A stretch of DNA of 64,000 nucleotides from a virus (lineage: Duplodnaviria; Caudoviricetes), in the IMG/VR virus record IMGVR_UViG_3300042254_000186, positions 1 to 64,000 of that record; one strand, 5' to 3'. The position numbers and the translations under genes were made by a program. Positions 17,528-26,800 of this stretch are shown one piece after another; position 1 is the stretch's first letter, and every line of letters starts with the position of its first letter. The notes under the pieces were generated by a model. The model was not told where the DNA came from and did not search any database. It worked only from the letters and a program-made list of their open reading frames with translations.

Positions 17528-18253
17528 GTGATGAACATGAACTTTGATAAGAAGATACAAGAGATTATCTCTGAAGTATTGTCTGAAATAAACGATAACG
17601 AAGAGTTTCATTATGAAAAAATAAACAATGGTAGAAAAATAACTGAAGATCCTAAAATATGTATTAGTATTACGAAGGAACATTCTATTAATGAAAGGTA
17701 TATTATTTCAGCGATGTCCAAACCTTCATATAAATTCTATGACAAAATTATTTGGGACGATACTAAAAAGAAAGCAATAGTTATAGGATTTAATCCAAGT
17801 AAGAGTAGCTTCACAAAACTTGATAAGACAAATCATAACATGTCAACTCTTTTATCTAATCAATATGGTGGATACCATTTACTTAATATATATCCAATTG
17901 TCTCGCCTAATCCTGATGAAGTAGACGATGATTTGATAAATACATCATTTATACAAAAATTAGCCGAGATTCTAAGAGAAAATAATTCACTGAAGAAAGA
18001 TGATAGGTTAAATTTAGTTTTAATGTGGGGTGTGACTTTGAAGGTTCCTAAAGATGGATTATTTAGTGAACTAGAAAAGGCAAAAAAAGAAGGGATATTA
18101 TATTGTACAGCTGTTACCAATCAAAATGGAAGTACAACATTCGTTCATGGGAGTGCCAGAGGATATGCACTAGAGGACATAAAAATAAGTGAAGTTCAGG
18201 AAATTAAACAGGGTAGCAAATATTTAATTGTGACCCCCACCCCAATACCTTAG
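17528..18253 (+). CDS. DUF1643-like protein
   Basis: IGFNPS....LDKT, YGGYHLLNIYP, VLMWG motifs. Confidence 0.65.
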   Translation: MMNMNFDKKIQEIISEVLSEINDNEEFHYEKINNGRKITEDPKICISITKEHSINERYIISAMSKPSYKFYDKIIWDDTKKKAIVIGFNPSKSSFTKLDKTNHNMSTLLSNQYGGYHLLNIYPIVSPNPDEVDDDLINTSFIQKLAEILRENNSLKKDDRLNLVLMWGVTLKVPKDGLFSELEKAKKEGILYCTAVTNQNGSTTFVHGSARGYALEDIKISEVQEIKQGSKYLIVTPTPIP

Positions 18254-18300
18254 ATATGTTGCGAAGGGTACCGCGTAAGGGGGCGCTTAAGAAACACGAG
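18232..18300. other. Putative cos packaging site
   Basis: GC-rich island CCCCCACCCC...GGGTACCGCGTAAGGGGGCGC between the HNH and small terminase, the usual cos position in HK97-like phages. Confidence 0.5.
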
Positions 18301-18333
18301 GCAAATATTTTGAAAATATGAACATTAGTTTGT

Positions 18334-19182
18334 ATGAACAAGAAGGAGTTAACTATGATTAGACAATATGTAGATGAGTATTTAGAAGATGTTGTTGAAC
18401 TTATAAATGAAAAAAATATAGGTGAAACATCAGTTAGATATTATCCATCAGATAGACAAAATATTATAAGTAAAATAAAGAAAAGAAGATTACAACCTGA
18501 CGTATTACAACTCATTAATATAGAGAACTCCAAACTTGTAAGTTATGTAGAATTGTTAGAAGATAAATCAGAAAAATATCTACAGTTATTAGCACACTTT
18601 TCACATGTAAAATACAATAAAAGTTTACATGATTATTTCTGTTTTATTTTAGAAAAATATAAAGGTTATAGCTTACATTATGTTTTAAGTGATTTTAATA
18701 CCAATACAATAAAGTTTATGAAGTCAATAGGGGCAACAGATGATGGATATGAAAAGATGATGCATATAGCAATTGGCAATTTTAAATATGTGAAGAGCGA
18801 AACTATTTATCCAATTGATGAAAAACATAAGGAACAGTTTTGCAAACTTCATAATCAGCTTTTTAAGGAAGCATATTGGACTGGAGAACTATTACTTAAT
18901 GAAGGTAGGTTTGATATTCTTGTTTCATTAGAAGAAGACAAAATAAATGGATATGTAGTTATTTCATGCTTTGGTAATGAGGAAGAGGAAATTTACTTTA
19001 TTTATGCAGATAACATTAATACAAAAATTAATCTCTATAGAGAAGCTTTGAATAAAGGTTTTAGAACTGCACAAAGAGTCCAAGTTTTGCTTAGTCATGA
19101 TGAGGAATATGAGCTACCACAATTAGAGTCTTTAGGATTTACATTGAAGGAATCAATTATTACATTTTTTCTAAAGATTTGA
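18334..19182 (+). CDS. Putative GNAT-fold protein (moron)
   Basis: C-terminal GYVVI...EIYFIY...LESLGF resembles GNAT; very AT-rich. Confidence 0.5.
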   Translation: MNKKELTMIRQYVDEYLEDVVELINEKNIGETSVRYYPSDRQNIISKIKKRRLQPDVLQLINIENSKLVSYVELLEDKSEKYLQLLAHFSHVKYNKSLHDYFCFILEKYKGYSLHYVLSDFNTNTIKFMKSIGATDDGYEKMMHIAIGNFKYVKSETIYPIDEKHKEQFCKLHNQLFKEAYWTGELLLNEGRFDILVSLEEDKINGYVVISCFGNEEEEIYFIYADNINTKINLYREALNKGFRTAQRVQVLLSHDEEYELPQLESLGFTLKESIITFFLKI

Positions 19183-19183
19183 G

Positions 19184-19513
19184 ATGATATCTATGATTAA
19201 TATTGAATACAAGCGATTAAAGTCGCTTTTTTCTTTGGTCGATGAATCAAAGACAGAGTTAGTAGACAACTTAATTTATCAAGCTGCATTTATGAAAGTG
19301 GAACTTGATAAGTTACAAGATCAAATTAGAAAGTATGGAGCAATTCAGACTTCAAATAGAGGAGCACAAAGACAGACTGAAGCAGCGAAGTATTATACGA
19401 AGCTTGTGAACTCATATGGGACAGTGATTAAAACATTGAATAGTATTCTTGGGACTCAAGTTGATGATGGAGATGATGCGTTTGATGAATTTCTTAAAAG
19501 AGCAAGCGAATGA
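19184..19513 (+). CDS. terS: Terminase small subunit (P27-like)
   Basis: AAFMKVEL..LQ..I...G...NRG.Q..T.AAK.Y; overlaps the terL start. Confidence 0.75.
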   Translation: MISMINIEYKRLKSLFSLVDESKTELVDNLIYQAAFMKVELDKLQDQIRKYGAIQTSNRGAQRQTEAAKYYTKLVNSYGTVIKTLNSILGTQVDDGDDAFDEFLKRASE

Positions 19514-21153
19514 ACTATTTAGTAGAATATTACAATGAAATCGAAAATGGAAACATCATCGTAGGTGAAGAGCTAAAGACAGAACTAGATCAGCTAATAG
19601 ATGACCTAGAAAATCCACTGTATTACTTTGATGAGAAACCAGGACAACTTAGAATTGATTTCATTGAAACGTTTTGTAAGCATACCAAGTCACCATTCAA
19701 TGGTATGCCATTCATCTTAGAACTTTGGGAGAAAGCAATCCTTCAAACAGCATATGGATTTAAGATGGCAGACTCAGGGCTACGTAGATTTAATGAAGTT
19801 ATATTACTCATAGCACGCAAGAACGGAAAGACTACATTTGTTGCAGGTATAGATTTAGCTGAATTCTTTCTATCAAGAGGTGGAGTTGATATTGTATGTG
19901 CCTCTAATACCACAGAACAAGCCAACATCTTATTTGAAGAAATTAACAACATGCGAGAACAATCACCTGCCCTATCAAAGGAAACAAGAAGTAAGAAAAA
20001 CATTTATCACATCTATTCACCAAAGACTAAGAACAAGATTAAAAAGTTATCTGCTCAATCAAGAAATAAAGATGGATACAATATAGAAGTTGGTTGTATT
20101 GATGAAGTTCATGAAATGACAGACTCAAAAGTCTATGACGCAATCAAACAATCACAATCGACAAAGAAAGAACCACTAATATTTATCATAACCACTGAAG
20201 GTACTACAGTCGGTGGCTTTTTAGATAGCAAGTTAGATTATGTTAGGAAGATGCTGAAAGGTGAAATCAATGATAATAGAGTGCTACCCTGGCTCTACAC
20301 ACAAGACTCCACCAAAGAGATATACGAGGATCAAACCACATGGCAAAAGTCGAATCCTAGTATTGGGGTTGTTAAGTTAAACAATTACCTAGAAGATGTT
20401 ATGAACAAATCGAAACATGACTTATCCACAAGGGTTACGATGCTATGTAAAGACTTTAATATTAAACAAGCAGATTCAGGTTCCTGGTTATCGTTTGATG
20501 ATTTAAACAATGAAGACAGATATTCAATTGAAGATCTAAGAGATAGTTATGCAATTGGTGGTGTGGATTTATCTTCAACCACTGACTTAACTGCTGCAGT
20601 CTTGGTTATTCAAACACGAGATAGCAACAAGAAGTATGTTATTCCTCATTTCTTTATGCCAAGTGAAGTAGTTGAAAAAAGAATTAAAGAAGATAATGTT
20701 CCATATGATATTTGGATAAAAAAAGGATACATTACTCTTACTGAAGGAAATCAGAATGACTTTAGTTTAGTTACTCAATGGTTTATGAAGATGATTCAAA
20801 CATATGGGATTAGACCTCTATGGGTTGGATATGACCCCTGGAATTCTCAGTACTGGATAAAAGAAATGGAAGACTTAGGGTTCAACATGGAGAAGGTAAG
20901 ACAAGGAATCTATTCTCTTTCAGAACCAATGAAAATCCTTGAAGCTGATTTAAAGAACAACTTAGTAAACTATAATAACAATCCTATTCTTAAATGGTGT
21001 TTAGCTAATACACAAGCTAAGGTTGATTTGAATGGGAACATTCAACCATCAAAACTGAATTCTAAATACAAACGTATTGATGGAACAGTAGCTTTAATTA
21101 TTGCTTATGTTGTTTTAAATAGGTATAAGACAGATTATGAAAATATGATATAG
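19510..21153 (+). CDS. terL: Terminase large subunit
   Basis: ARKNGKT, IDEVHE, ITTEG, GVDLS..DLTA, YDPW, RIDG. Confidence 0.95.
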   Translation: MNYLVEYYNEIENGNIIVGEELKTELDQLIDDLENPLYYFDEKPGQLRIDFIETFCKHTKSPFNGMPFILELWEKAILQTAYGFKMADSGLRRFNEVILLIARKNGKTTFVAGIDLAEFFLSRGGVDIVCASNTTEQANILFEEINNMREQSPALSKETRSKKNIYHIYSPKTKNKIKKLSAQSRNKDGYNIEVGCIDEVHEMTDSKVYDAIKQSQSTKKEPLIFIITTEGTTVGGFLDSKLDYVRKMLKGEINDNRVLPWLYTQDSTKEIYEDQTTWQKSNPSIGVVKLNNYLEDVMNKSKHDLSTRVTMLCKDFNIKQADSGSWLSFDDLNNEDRYSIEDLRDSYAIGGVDLSSTTDLTAAVLVIQTRDSNKKYVIPHFFMPSEVVEKRIKEDNVPYDIWIKKGYITLTEGNQNDFSLVTQWFMKMIQTYGIRPLWVGYDPWNSQYWIKEMEDLGFNMEKVRQGIYSLSEPMKILEADLKNNLVNYNNNPILKWCLANTQAKVDLNGNIQPSKLNSKYKRIDGTVALIIAYVVLNRYKTDYENMI

Positions 21154-21156
21154 GAG

Positions 21157-22380
21157 GTGCACATGGCCTTATTTAAGAGAAGAAAAAAGACTGGATCATT
21201 TGATGCACTCCAGTTAATCAGTAATTTGAATACATTTTACACACCATTTGGTACTAATATATCAAAGAGTGACGTGGTTAAAATATGTATTGATCGAGTG
21301 GCAAGCCAATGTGCGAAACTCAAACCTAGATTTATTAAAACCGAAAACGATAAGACAGTAACCGAGAAAAAAGGTAGGCTGTCTTTTTTATTGAAGTATA
21401 AACCAAATGAGATCATGACACCTTATGATTTCATATACAAGACAATCACATTACTTTTGCTTAATGATAATGCGTTTGTTTATCCGAAGTTTGATAAGGA
21501 CACAGGTGAACTTAAAGGAATCTATCCATTACGTCCAGTTACTGTAGAAATGATAGTAGATACCTCAGATACTTATTTCATTAAGTTCTTATTTGATAAT
21601 GGAGAATCATATATTTTGCCATACGATAACATTATTCATCTAAGACGTCATTACGGACAAAATGATATCTTTGGTGGTACTGGATCCACAGGGGATCATG
21701 AAGCAATCCTTAAAACCATATCAATCAATGATAGTTTACTTCAAGGAATTGATAATGCTGTAAAATCGTCCATGCAAATCAAAGGTATCTTGAAAATGAA
21801 CGGTATGCTATCAGATACAGATAAGAAGAAACAACGTGATCTATTTGATGCAGCACTTTCTGAATCGGTGAGTCTCAAAGGTAGTTCAATTATACCGATT
21901 GACTTGAAATCAGAATACATTCCTTTGACAGTTGATCCGAAACTGATTGATAAAGACACACTCGAATTCTTACAAGCAAAGATCCTGGACTACTTTGGTG
22001 TGTCAGTGCCAATCTTTACAAACAAGTACACTGAAGATGAATATAACTCATTCTATGAGTCAACGATAGAGCCTTTTGCTATTCAACTTAGCGAGGCTTT
22101 TTCTTTAGGCTTACTTACAGACAATCAACTAGAACGTGGAGAAGAAATCATCTTTTATAGTGAAAGACTTCAATATGCTTCATGGAACACAAAAGTAGCT
22201 GCGATTGAGAAACTCATGAGTCTTGGAATCATGTCACTTAATGAATCAAGAGCACTACTCGGATTAGAACCTATCGAAGGTGGAAATAAACGACTTCAAT
22301 CATTAAACTTTGTTGATGCGGATAAAGCGAATCAATATCAAGTAGGAACGGAGGAACCTAAAGATGAAAATAACAGTTAA
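21157..22380 (+). CDS. HK97-family portal protein
   Basis: KPNEIMT, NAFVYP, IIHLR, FGV, NESRALLGLEPIEGG; follows terL. Confidence 0.92.
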   Translation: MHMALFKRRKKTGSFDALQLISNLNTFYTPFGTNISKSDVVKICIDRVASQCAKLKPRFIKTENDKTVTEKKGRLSFLLKYKPNEIMTPYDFIYKTITLLLLNDNAFVYPKFDKDTGELKGIYPLRPVTVEMIVDTSDTYFIKFLFDNGESYILPYDNIIHLRRHYGQNDIFGGTGSTGDHEAILKTISINDSLLQGIDNAVKSSMQIKGILKMNGMLSDTDKKKQRDLFDAALSESVSLKGSSIIPIDLKSEYIPLTVDPKLIDKDTLEFLQAKILDYFGVSVPIFTNKYTEDEYNSFYESTIEPFAIQLSEAFSLGLLTDNQLERGEEIIFYSERLQYASWNTKVAAIEKLMSLGIMSLNESRALLGLEPIEGGNKRLQSLNFVDADKANQYQVGTEEPKDENNS

Positions 22381-22579
22381 TGGAAAGATATCAGAAGATG
22401 CACTTAAGGTCATCTTAGAAACACAAAAGAAAAAGACGATCATCATCGATGATTATTGTAAAAAGGAAAAACTCGAGTCTCTTTTCTATAAAGACTCTGA
22501 GCTTGAATATGAATACCAAAAACAAGTAGCACCAAAACCAAAGAAAGTAGAGACTCGTAAAAATGATAAAGGAAACTAG
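22364..22579 (+). CDS. Hypothetical protein
   Basis: GGAGG RBS; overlaps both neighbours. Confidence 0.55.
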   Translation: MKITVNGKISEDALKVILETQKKKTIIIDDYCKKEKLESLFYKDSELEYEYQKQVAPKPKKVETRKNDKGN

Positions 22580-23153
22580 ACTCGCTGATGTCACGCTTCA
22601 TGAAGAAGATGACAAGATGATATTAGAAGGCTATGCGTTAGTCTTTAATAATGAAACATTAATAGGTGATGAAGAATATGGTTTCTTAGAAGAAATTGAT
22701 TCAAGAGCTTTATCAGAAACGAAGATGAAGGATGTCCCGATGAAATACAATCATATGGACTCCTTTTTAATTATCGCTAGAACTAAGAATCAATCACTAT
22801 CACTTACTGTAGATAGCATCGGTTTGAAAGTGCGTGCTGAACTTTTAGACACAAACACCAATCAAGATATCTACAAAATGGTAAGAAGTGGATTGTTGGA
22901 TAAGATGAGTTTTGCTTTTACGGTTGATGAACAAGTATGGAATCGTGAAGGTAGAATTCCAAAGAGAACTATTACAAAGATAGAACGTTTGTATGATGTG
23001 TCAGTTGTGGATACTCCGGCATATGATGCAACTAGTATATACGCTCGTTCTTTAGAATCTATGGAGTTAGAACTAAAGGCTATGGAGTTAGCAGAGCAAG
23101 AAGAACAATCAAGAATTATCAAAAAACGTATTAAAATCAAATCACAAATTTAA
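22563..23153 (+). CDS. HK97-family prohead protease
   Basis: EGYALVFN, YNH, MSFAF, DVSVVDTPAY. Confidence 0.92.
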   Translation: MIKETRLADVTLHEEDDKMILEGYALVFNNETLIGDEEYGFLEEIDSRALSETKMKDVPMKYNHMDSFLIIARTKNQSLSLTVDSIGLKVRAELLDTNTNQDIYKMVRSGLLDKMSFAFTVDEQVWNREGRIPKRTITKIERLYDVSVVDTPAYDATSIYARSLESMELELKAMELAEQEEQSRIIKKRIKIKSQI

Positions 23154-23167
23154 AAGGAGAAAAAATC

Positions 23168-24301
23168 ATGAACTTAGAATTAAGACGAAAAGAAATCGAG
23201 TCAAGACTGACTGAGATCAGAGGTCTTGTCGATAATGAAACAGATATTGCTAAACTTGAAGCATTGGAAACTGAAACCACTGAACTTCAAGAAGAACGAA
23301 GTGTTATTGATAAGAAAATGTCGATTGCAAGTAAAGCAGAAATCAAACCAATTGTCATCGACAACCGCACTAAAGTTGATAAAGAGAAACTTGAACAACG
23401 TGCAGCTAGTTTACGTGAAAGTCGTGTTATCCAAGTATCAAGTGAAGAGATCTTGTTACCAGATCACACTGCTTCAGGATTAGCACCAGTACCATTTGCA
23501 CAAGTATCAACGCTTGTTGATCGTGTCAATGTCATCAACCTAAATGGTGGAGAAACGTACAAGAAATCATTTGTGAAATCAAACGGTATCGCTGGTACAA
23601 CACTTGAAGGACAGCCTTATAGTGAAACAGAACCTGCATTTGGTTATTTGACAATTTCCAAAGTGAAGATTACTGCGTATACAGAAATTACAGAGGAACT
23701 TGAAAAACTACCTGCTATTCCTTATCAAGCAGAAGTGTTGCGTAACATCAACATCTCACTGAAAAAGAAAATCAGCGAACAAATCTTACGTGGTGCAGGA
23801 ACGACTAACACATTCACAGGTATCTTCAGTGATGCTGCAGTAGCTCTTGCGGATACAACTCCACTTGAAATTGAAGCAATCACTGATTCAACATTAGACG
23901 ATATTGTTTTTGCTTACGGTGGAGATGAAGAAGTCGAAGGTGGAGCAGTTCTTATCTTGAATAAGAATGACTTACGTGCATTTGCTGGCCTTAAAACCCC
24001 AGAAGGTAGAAAAGTCCATTCAATCGATTATGTCAACAAAACAATCGATGGTATTCCTTATATCATCAACTCCAACTGTAAAGCAATCTCAGATAGTAAC
24101 ACAGTAGCTGGAGAATATGGTATTGCTTATGGTGCACTTAAAAACTATGAAGTACCAGTGTTCTCACCAGTTGAAATCGGTAAATCTACTGATTACAAAT
24201 TCAAAGATGGAATCATCAGCTATAAAGCATCTGTATTCACAGGTGGTAACGTAGTCGGATACAACGGATTCCTTCGCATTAAAAAGAAAGCGGCAGCTTA
24301 A
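23168..24301 (+). CDS. HK97-fold major capsid protein
   Basis: N-terminal coiled-coil delta domain, ITEEL, ILRGAG, GIP; position after the protease. Confidence 0.9.
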   Translation: MNLELRRKEIESRLTEIRGLVDNETDIAKLEALETETTELQEERSVIDKKMSIASKAEIKPIVIDNRTKVDKEKLEQRAASLRESRVIQVSSEEILLPDHTASGLAPVPFAQVSTLVDRVNVINLNGGETYKKSFVKSNGIAGTTLEGQPYSETEPAFGYLTISKVKITAYTEITEELEKLPAIPYQAEVLRNINISLKKKISEQILRGAGTTNTFTGIFSDAAVALADTTPLEIEAITDSTLDDIVFAYGGDEEVEGGAVLILNKNDLRAFAGLKTPEGRKVHSIDYVNKTIDGIPYIINSNCKAISDSNTVAGEYGIAYGALKNYEVPVFSPVEIGKSTDYKFKDGIISYKASVFTGGNVVGYNGFLRIKKKAAA

Positions 24302-24341
24302 TAACTAACCCTTGATAACAAAGTAAGAAAGGATTGATCTC

Positions 24342-24638
24342 ATGGCTATACTTGATATCGTAAAAAAAGCATTACTTATCCCCCAATCAGAATCATTTGC
24401 TGATGAAGAATTGAACACTCACATTAGTAGTTGTAAAGCATACCTTCAAAGCTGTGGGATCGATCCGACTTACATCAATGATGAATCTAATCCAATGATT
24501 AGCACAGTGATTATCATTTATGTGAAGACATTCTTTGGTTTTAAGAATGATGGGAGTGCAAAGGAGCTACCGAAGACATTTGATATGTTGGTAGGACAGA
24601 TAGCATTAACTAAGGGAGCAGAAGAAAATGTATCCTAA
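24342..24638 (+). CDS. Head-tail connector (gp6-like)
   Basis: VKKAL.I...DEEL...I...YLQSCGI; position. Confidence 0.75.
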   Translation: MAILDIVKKALLIPQSESFADEELNTHISSCKAYLQSCGIDPTYINDESNPMISTVIIIYVKTFFGFKNDGSAKELPKTFDMLVGQIALTKGAEENVS

Positions 24639-24963
24639 TTCACCAAATATATCACTAAAATTATTAACCATTGATTTGGTTCAAAATAGTATTGGTTCTT
24701 CAACATACCAACTTATTAACTCAAAAGAAGTAATAGGTATCAATTTCAGTATTACCTCAAATGAATACTATGAAAGTAAACGATCAGACATTAGGATTGA
24801 TATAGCACTCAAGATTCAAAGCTTCTTATACGATGGAAGTAAATACGCTGATATTGCAGGTAACATCTACAAAATTGAGCGCACGTATCAAATAGGACAG
24901 TTCATTGAACTTTACTTGAGCAAATCTAAGATCAGAAAGAGTGATATCATTGGTTACGCTTGA
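24628..24963 (+). CDS. Head closure protein
   Basis: SITSNEYY, YKIERTY; position. Confidence 0.7.
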   Translation: MYPNSPNISLKLLTIDLVQNSIGSSTYQLINSKEVIGINFSITSNEYYESKRSDIRIDIALKIQSFLYDGSKYADIAGNIYKIERTYQIGQFIELYLSKSKIRKSDIIGYA

Positions 24964-25333
24964 TGAACTAGGTGTTGCCATTTCAAATATGGTAGAAGAA
25001 TATGCTGAAGATATTATTGGAAAACTTGAAAAGAGGCTAGATGAAACTGCTCAGGAAATTGTGAAGTATATCAGTACTCACGCACCTAGAAGTGGTGGTA
25101 CGAAACCATTTGCTGATTCATTTGTTGCTGAACCAATAGGAAGTGGAATCAGTAAGACAATAGTTATCTTTTCTAATGAGAAGGGAAAGCTAACACACTT
25201 ACTTGAATTCGGTTTTACACATCGAAGTGGTAAATATGTAGGACCTAGACCTTTCATGCGTCCAGCCTATGATTTGCTTACACCAAAGATGCTAGAAGAT
25301 ATCAAAACGATTATTGAAAAGGGTGATAGTTAA
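24941..25333 (+). CDS. HK97 gp10-like tail completion protein
   Basis: HLLEFG...PRPFMRPA motif. Confidence 0.8.
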   Translation: MISLVTLDELGVAISNMVEEYAEDIIGKLEKRLDETAQEIVKYISTHAPRSGGTKPFADSFVAEPIGSGISKTIVIFSNEKGKLTHLLEFGFTHRSGKYVGPRPFMRPAYDLLTPKMLEDIKTIIEKGDS

Positions 25334-25668
25334 TGCAAGAAAAACTGGAAGCATTATATGATACTTTGAACTCCGTTTTACCTGGAAAGGTATCTTATGG
25401 AACCAGAGTAGGTTTAGAAGATGATCCAAACTATATCATCTATCAAGAATTAAGCAATCGATCAATTGTCTATGCTGATGATAGAGTAGTTGCAAAGGTA
25501 GCTACATTTCAAGTCAGTTTAATTACTGAAAAGAAGAACTTAGGACTAGAAGAACAACTAGAAACATCCCTTTATTTTATGGGATACGAATTTGAATTAT
25601 TATCTGAATTTGTCAATGAAGACAGTTCAGTTAACAGAGTATATGAAATCAAACAGGAGGTATTTTAA
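25333..25668 (+). CDS. Tail terminator
   Basis: P.YIIY...YADD...FQVSL; position before the major tail gene. Confidence 0.65.
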   Translation: MQEKLEALYDTLNSVLPGKVSYGTRVGLEDDPNYIIYQELSNRSIVYADDRVVAKVATFQVSLITEKKNLGLEEQLETSLYFMGYEFELLSEFVNEDSSVNRVYEIKQEVF

Positions 25669-26235
25669 ATGAGTAATAAAGTTACATTTGGTTTAACTAA
25701 CGTACACTATGCACTTGCTACTCAAGCTGAAGATGGTAGCTGGACTTTTGCTACACCTAAACGTTTAGAAGGCGCACAAGAAATTACAACTGAAGCCATC
25801 GGTGGTAGCACACAAGTATATGCAGATGATAAAGTGATTGCCACATTAGTATCCAATTCAGGATCTAACGTCACACTTAAATTTACGGAGATTGATGATG
25901 TGTTCAAAAAAGACATCTTTGGTGTTCTAGAAGATACAAATGGTAATCTTGTAGAGGTTGTAAATGGCGAAACAAAAACATTTGCTTTAGGATATGAGAT
26001 TCAAGGTGATATTAAAGCGAGACGTATTTGGTATTTCTTATGTACGGCTACTCCATCAGGAGATGCGAGTAAATCTAAAGCTGATTCAATTGAAGCAAAC
26101 TCCATCACACTAAACATTACAGCTAGACCAATCGAATCTGGAGACAATCTTATTCTCAGAGTAATTGCAGGTGTTGGCGATACAAACTATGCATCATTCC
26201 TAACTACTGCACCAGCATTACCTACATTTATTTAA
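25669..26235 (+). CDS. Major tail protein (phi13-like)
   Basis: NKVTFGLTNVHYA, YADD, FALGYE motifs. Confidence 0.88.
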   Translation: MSNKVTFGLTNVHYALATQAEDGSWTFATPKRLEGAQEITTEAIGGSTQVYADDKVIATLVSNSGSNVTLKFTEIDDVFKKDIFGVLEDTNGNLVEVVNGETKTFALGYEIQGDIKARRIWYFLCTATPSGDASKSKADSIEANSITLNITARPIESGDNLILRVIAGVGDTNYASFLTTAPALPTFI

Positions 26236-26249
26236 GGAGATAATCACAT

Positions 26250-26603
26250 ATGGAAAAGACACTTAAACTGGGTGACAAGGATTATCGCCTTCATTCATCA
26301 CTATATACGATTATTGACTATCGTAATGTATTCTCAACCGAGTTATTTAATGATATCAAGAAGTTAGAAAAAACGAACATTAAAAAAGAAGATGATATAT
26401 CGACTGTGATTGACACCATTTTCCGAATTATCTATGTTCTTCATAGGCCTTTCAGCAAACAATCCTACAACGACTTCTTAATGTCATTGGACTTCTCTGT
26501 ATTAAGTAATCAGAGTGAGTTGGAAAATCTGACGAATACGATAGGTGAAATGCTGGGTACGTTTCAAAACGGATCCACACCCAAACCACCCACAAAGAAA
26601 TGA
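26250..26603 (+). CDS. Tail assembly chaperone (gpG-like)
   Basis: Lies between the major tail and tape measure genes. Confidence 0.7.
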   Translation: MEKTLKLGDKDYRLHSSLYTIIDYRNVFSTELFNDIKKLEKTNIKKEDDISTVIDTIFRIIYVLHRPFSKQSYNDFLMSLDFSVLSNQSELENLTNTIGEMLGTFQNGSTPKPPTKK

Positions 26604-26787
26604 TGATGTAAACATAACAGCGAACATCATATTCAATCTTGCTCATTTAGGAATCTCTATTGAAGATACAAAGAACTTTGATATAAATACCTATTTTGAG
26701 ATTGTAGAACTTGAAATGAATGTTATTACAGGGAAACAGTCTTCAAAAAGAGCGACACAGAATGATATTGATAAATTCCTGTTATAG
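26545..26787 (+). CDS. Tail assembly chaperone extension (gpT-like), probably made by frameshift
   Basis: Overlaps the gpG end, no clear RBS/ATG, ends RATQNDIDKF. Confidence 0.6.
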   Translation: MKCWVRFKTDPHPNHPQRNDDVNITANIIFNLAHLGISIEDTKNFDINTYFEIVELEMNVITGKQSSKRATQNDIDKFLL

Positions 26788-26800
26788 GAGGTGAATATTA

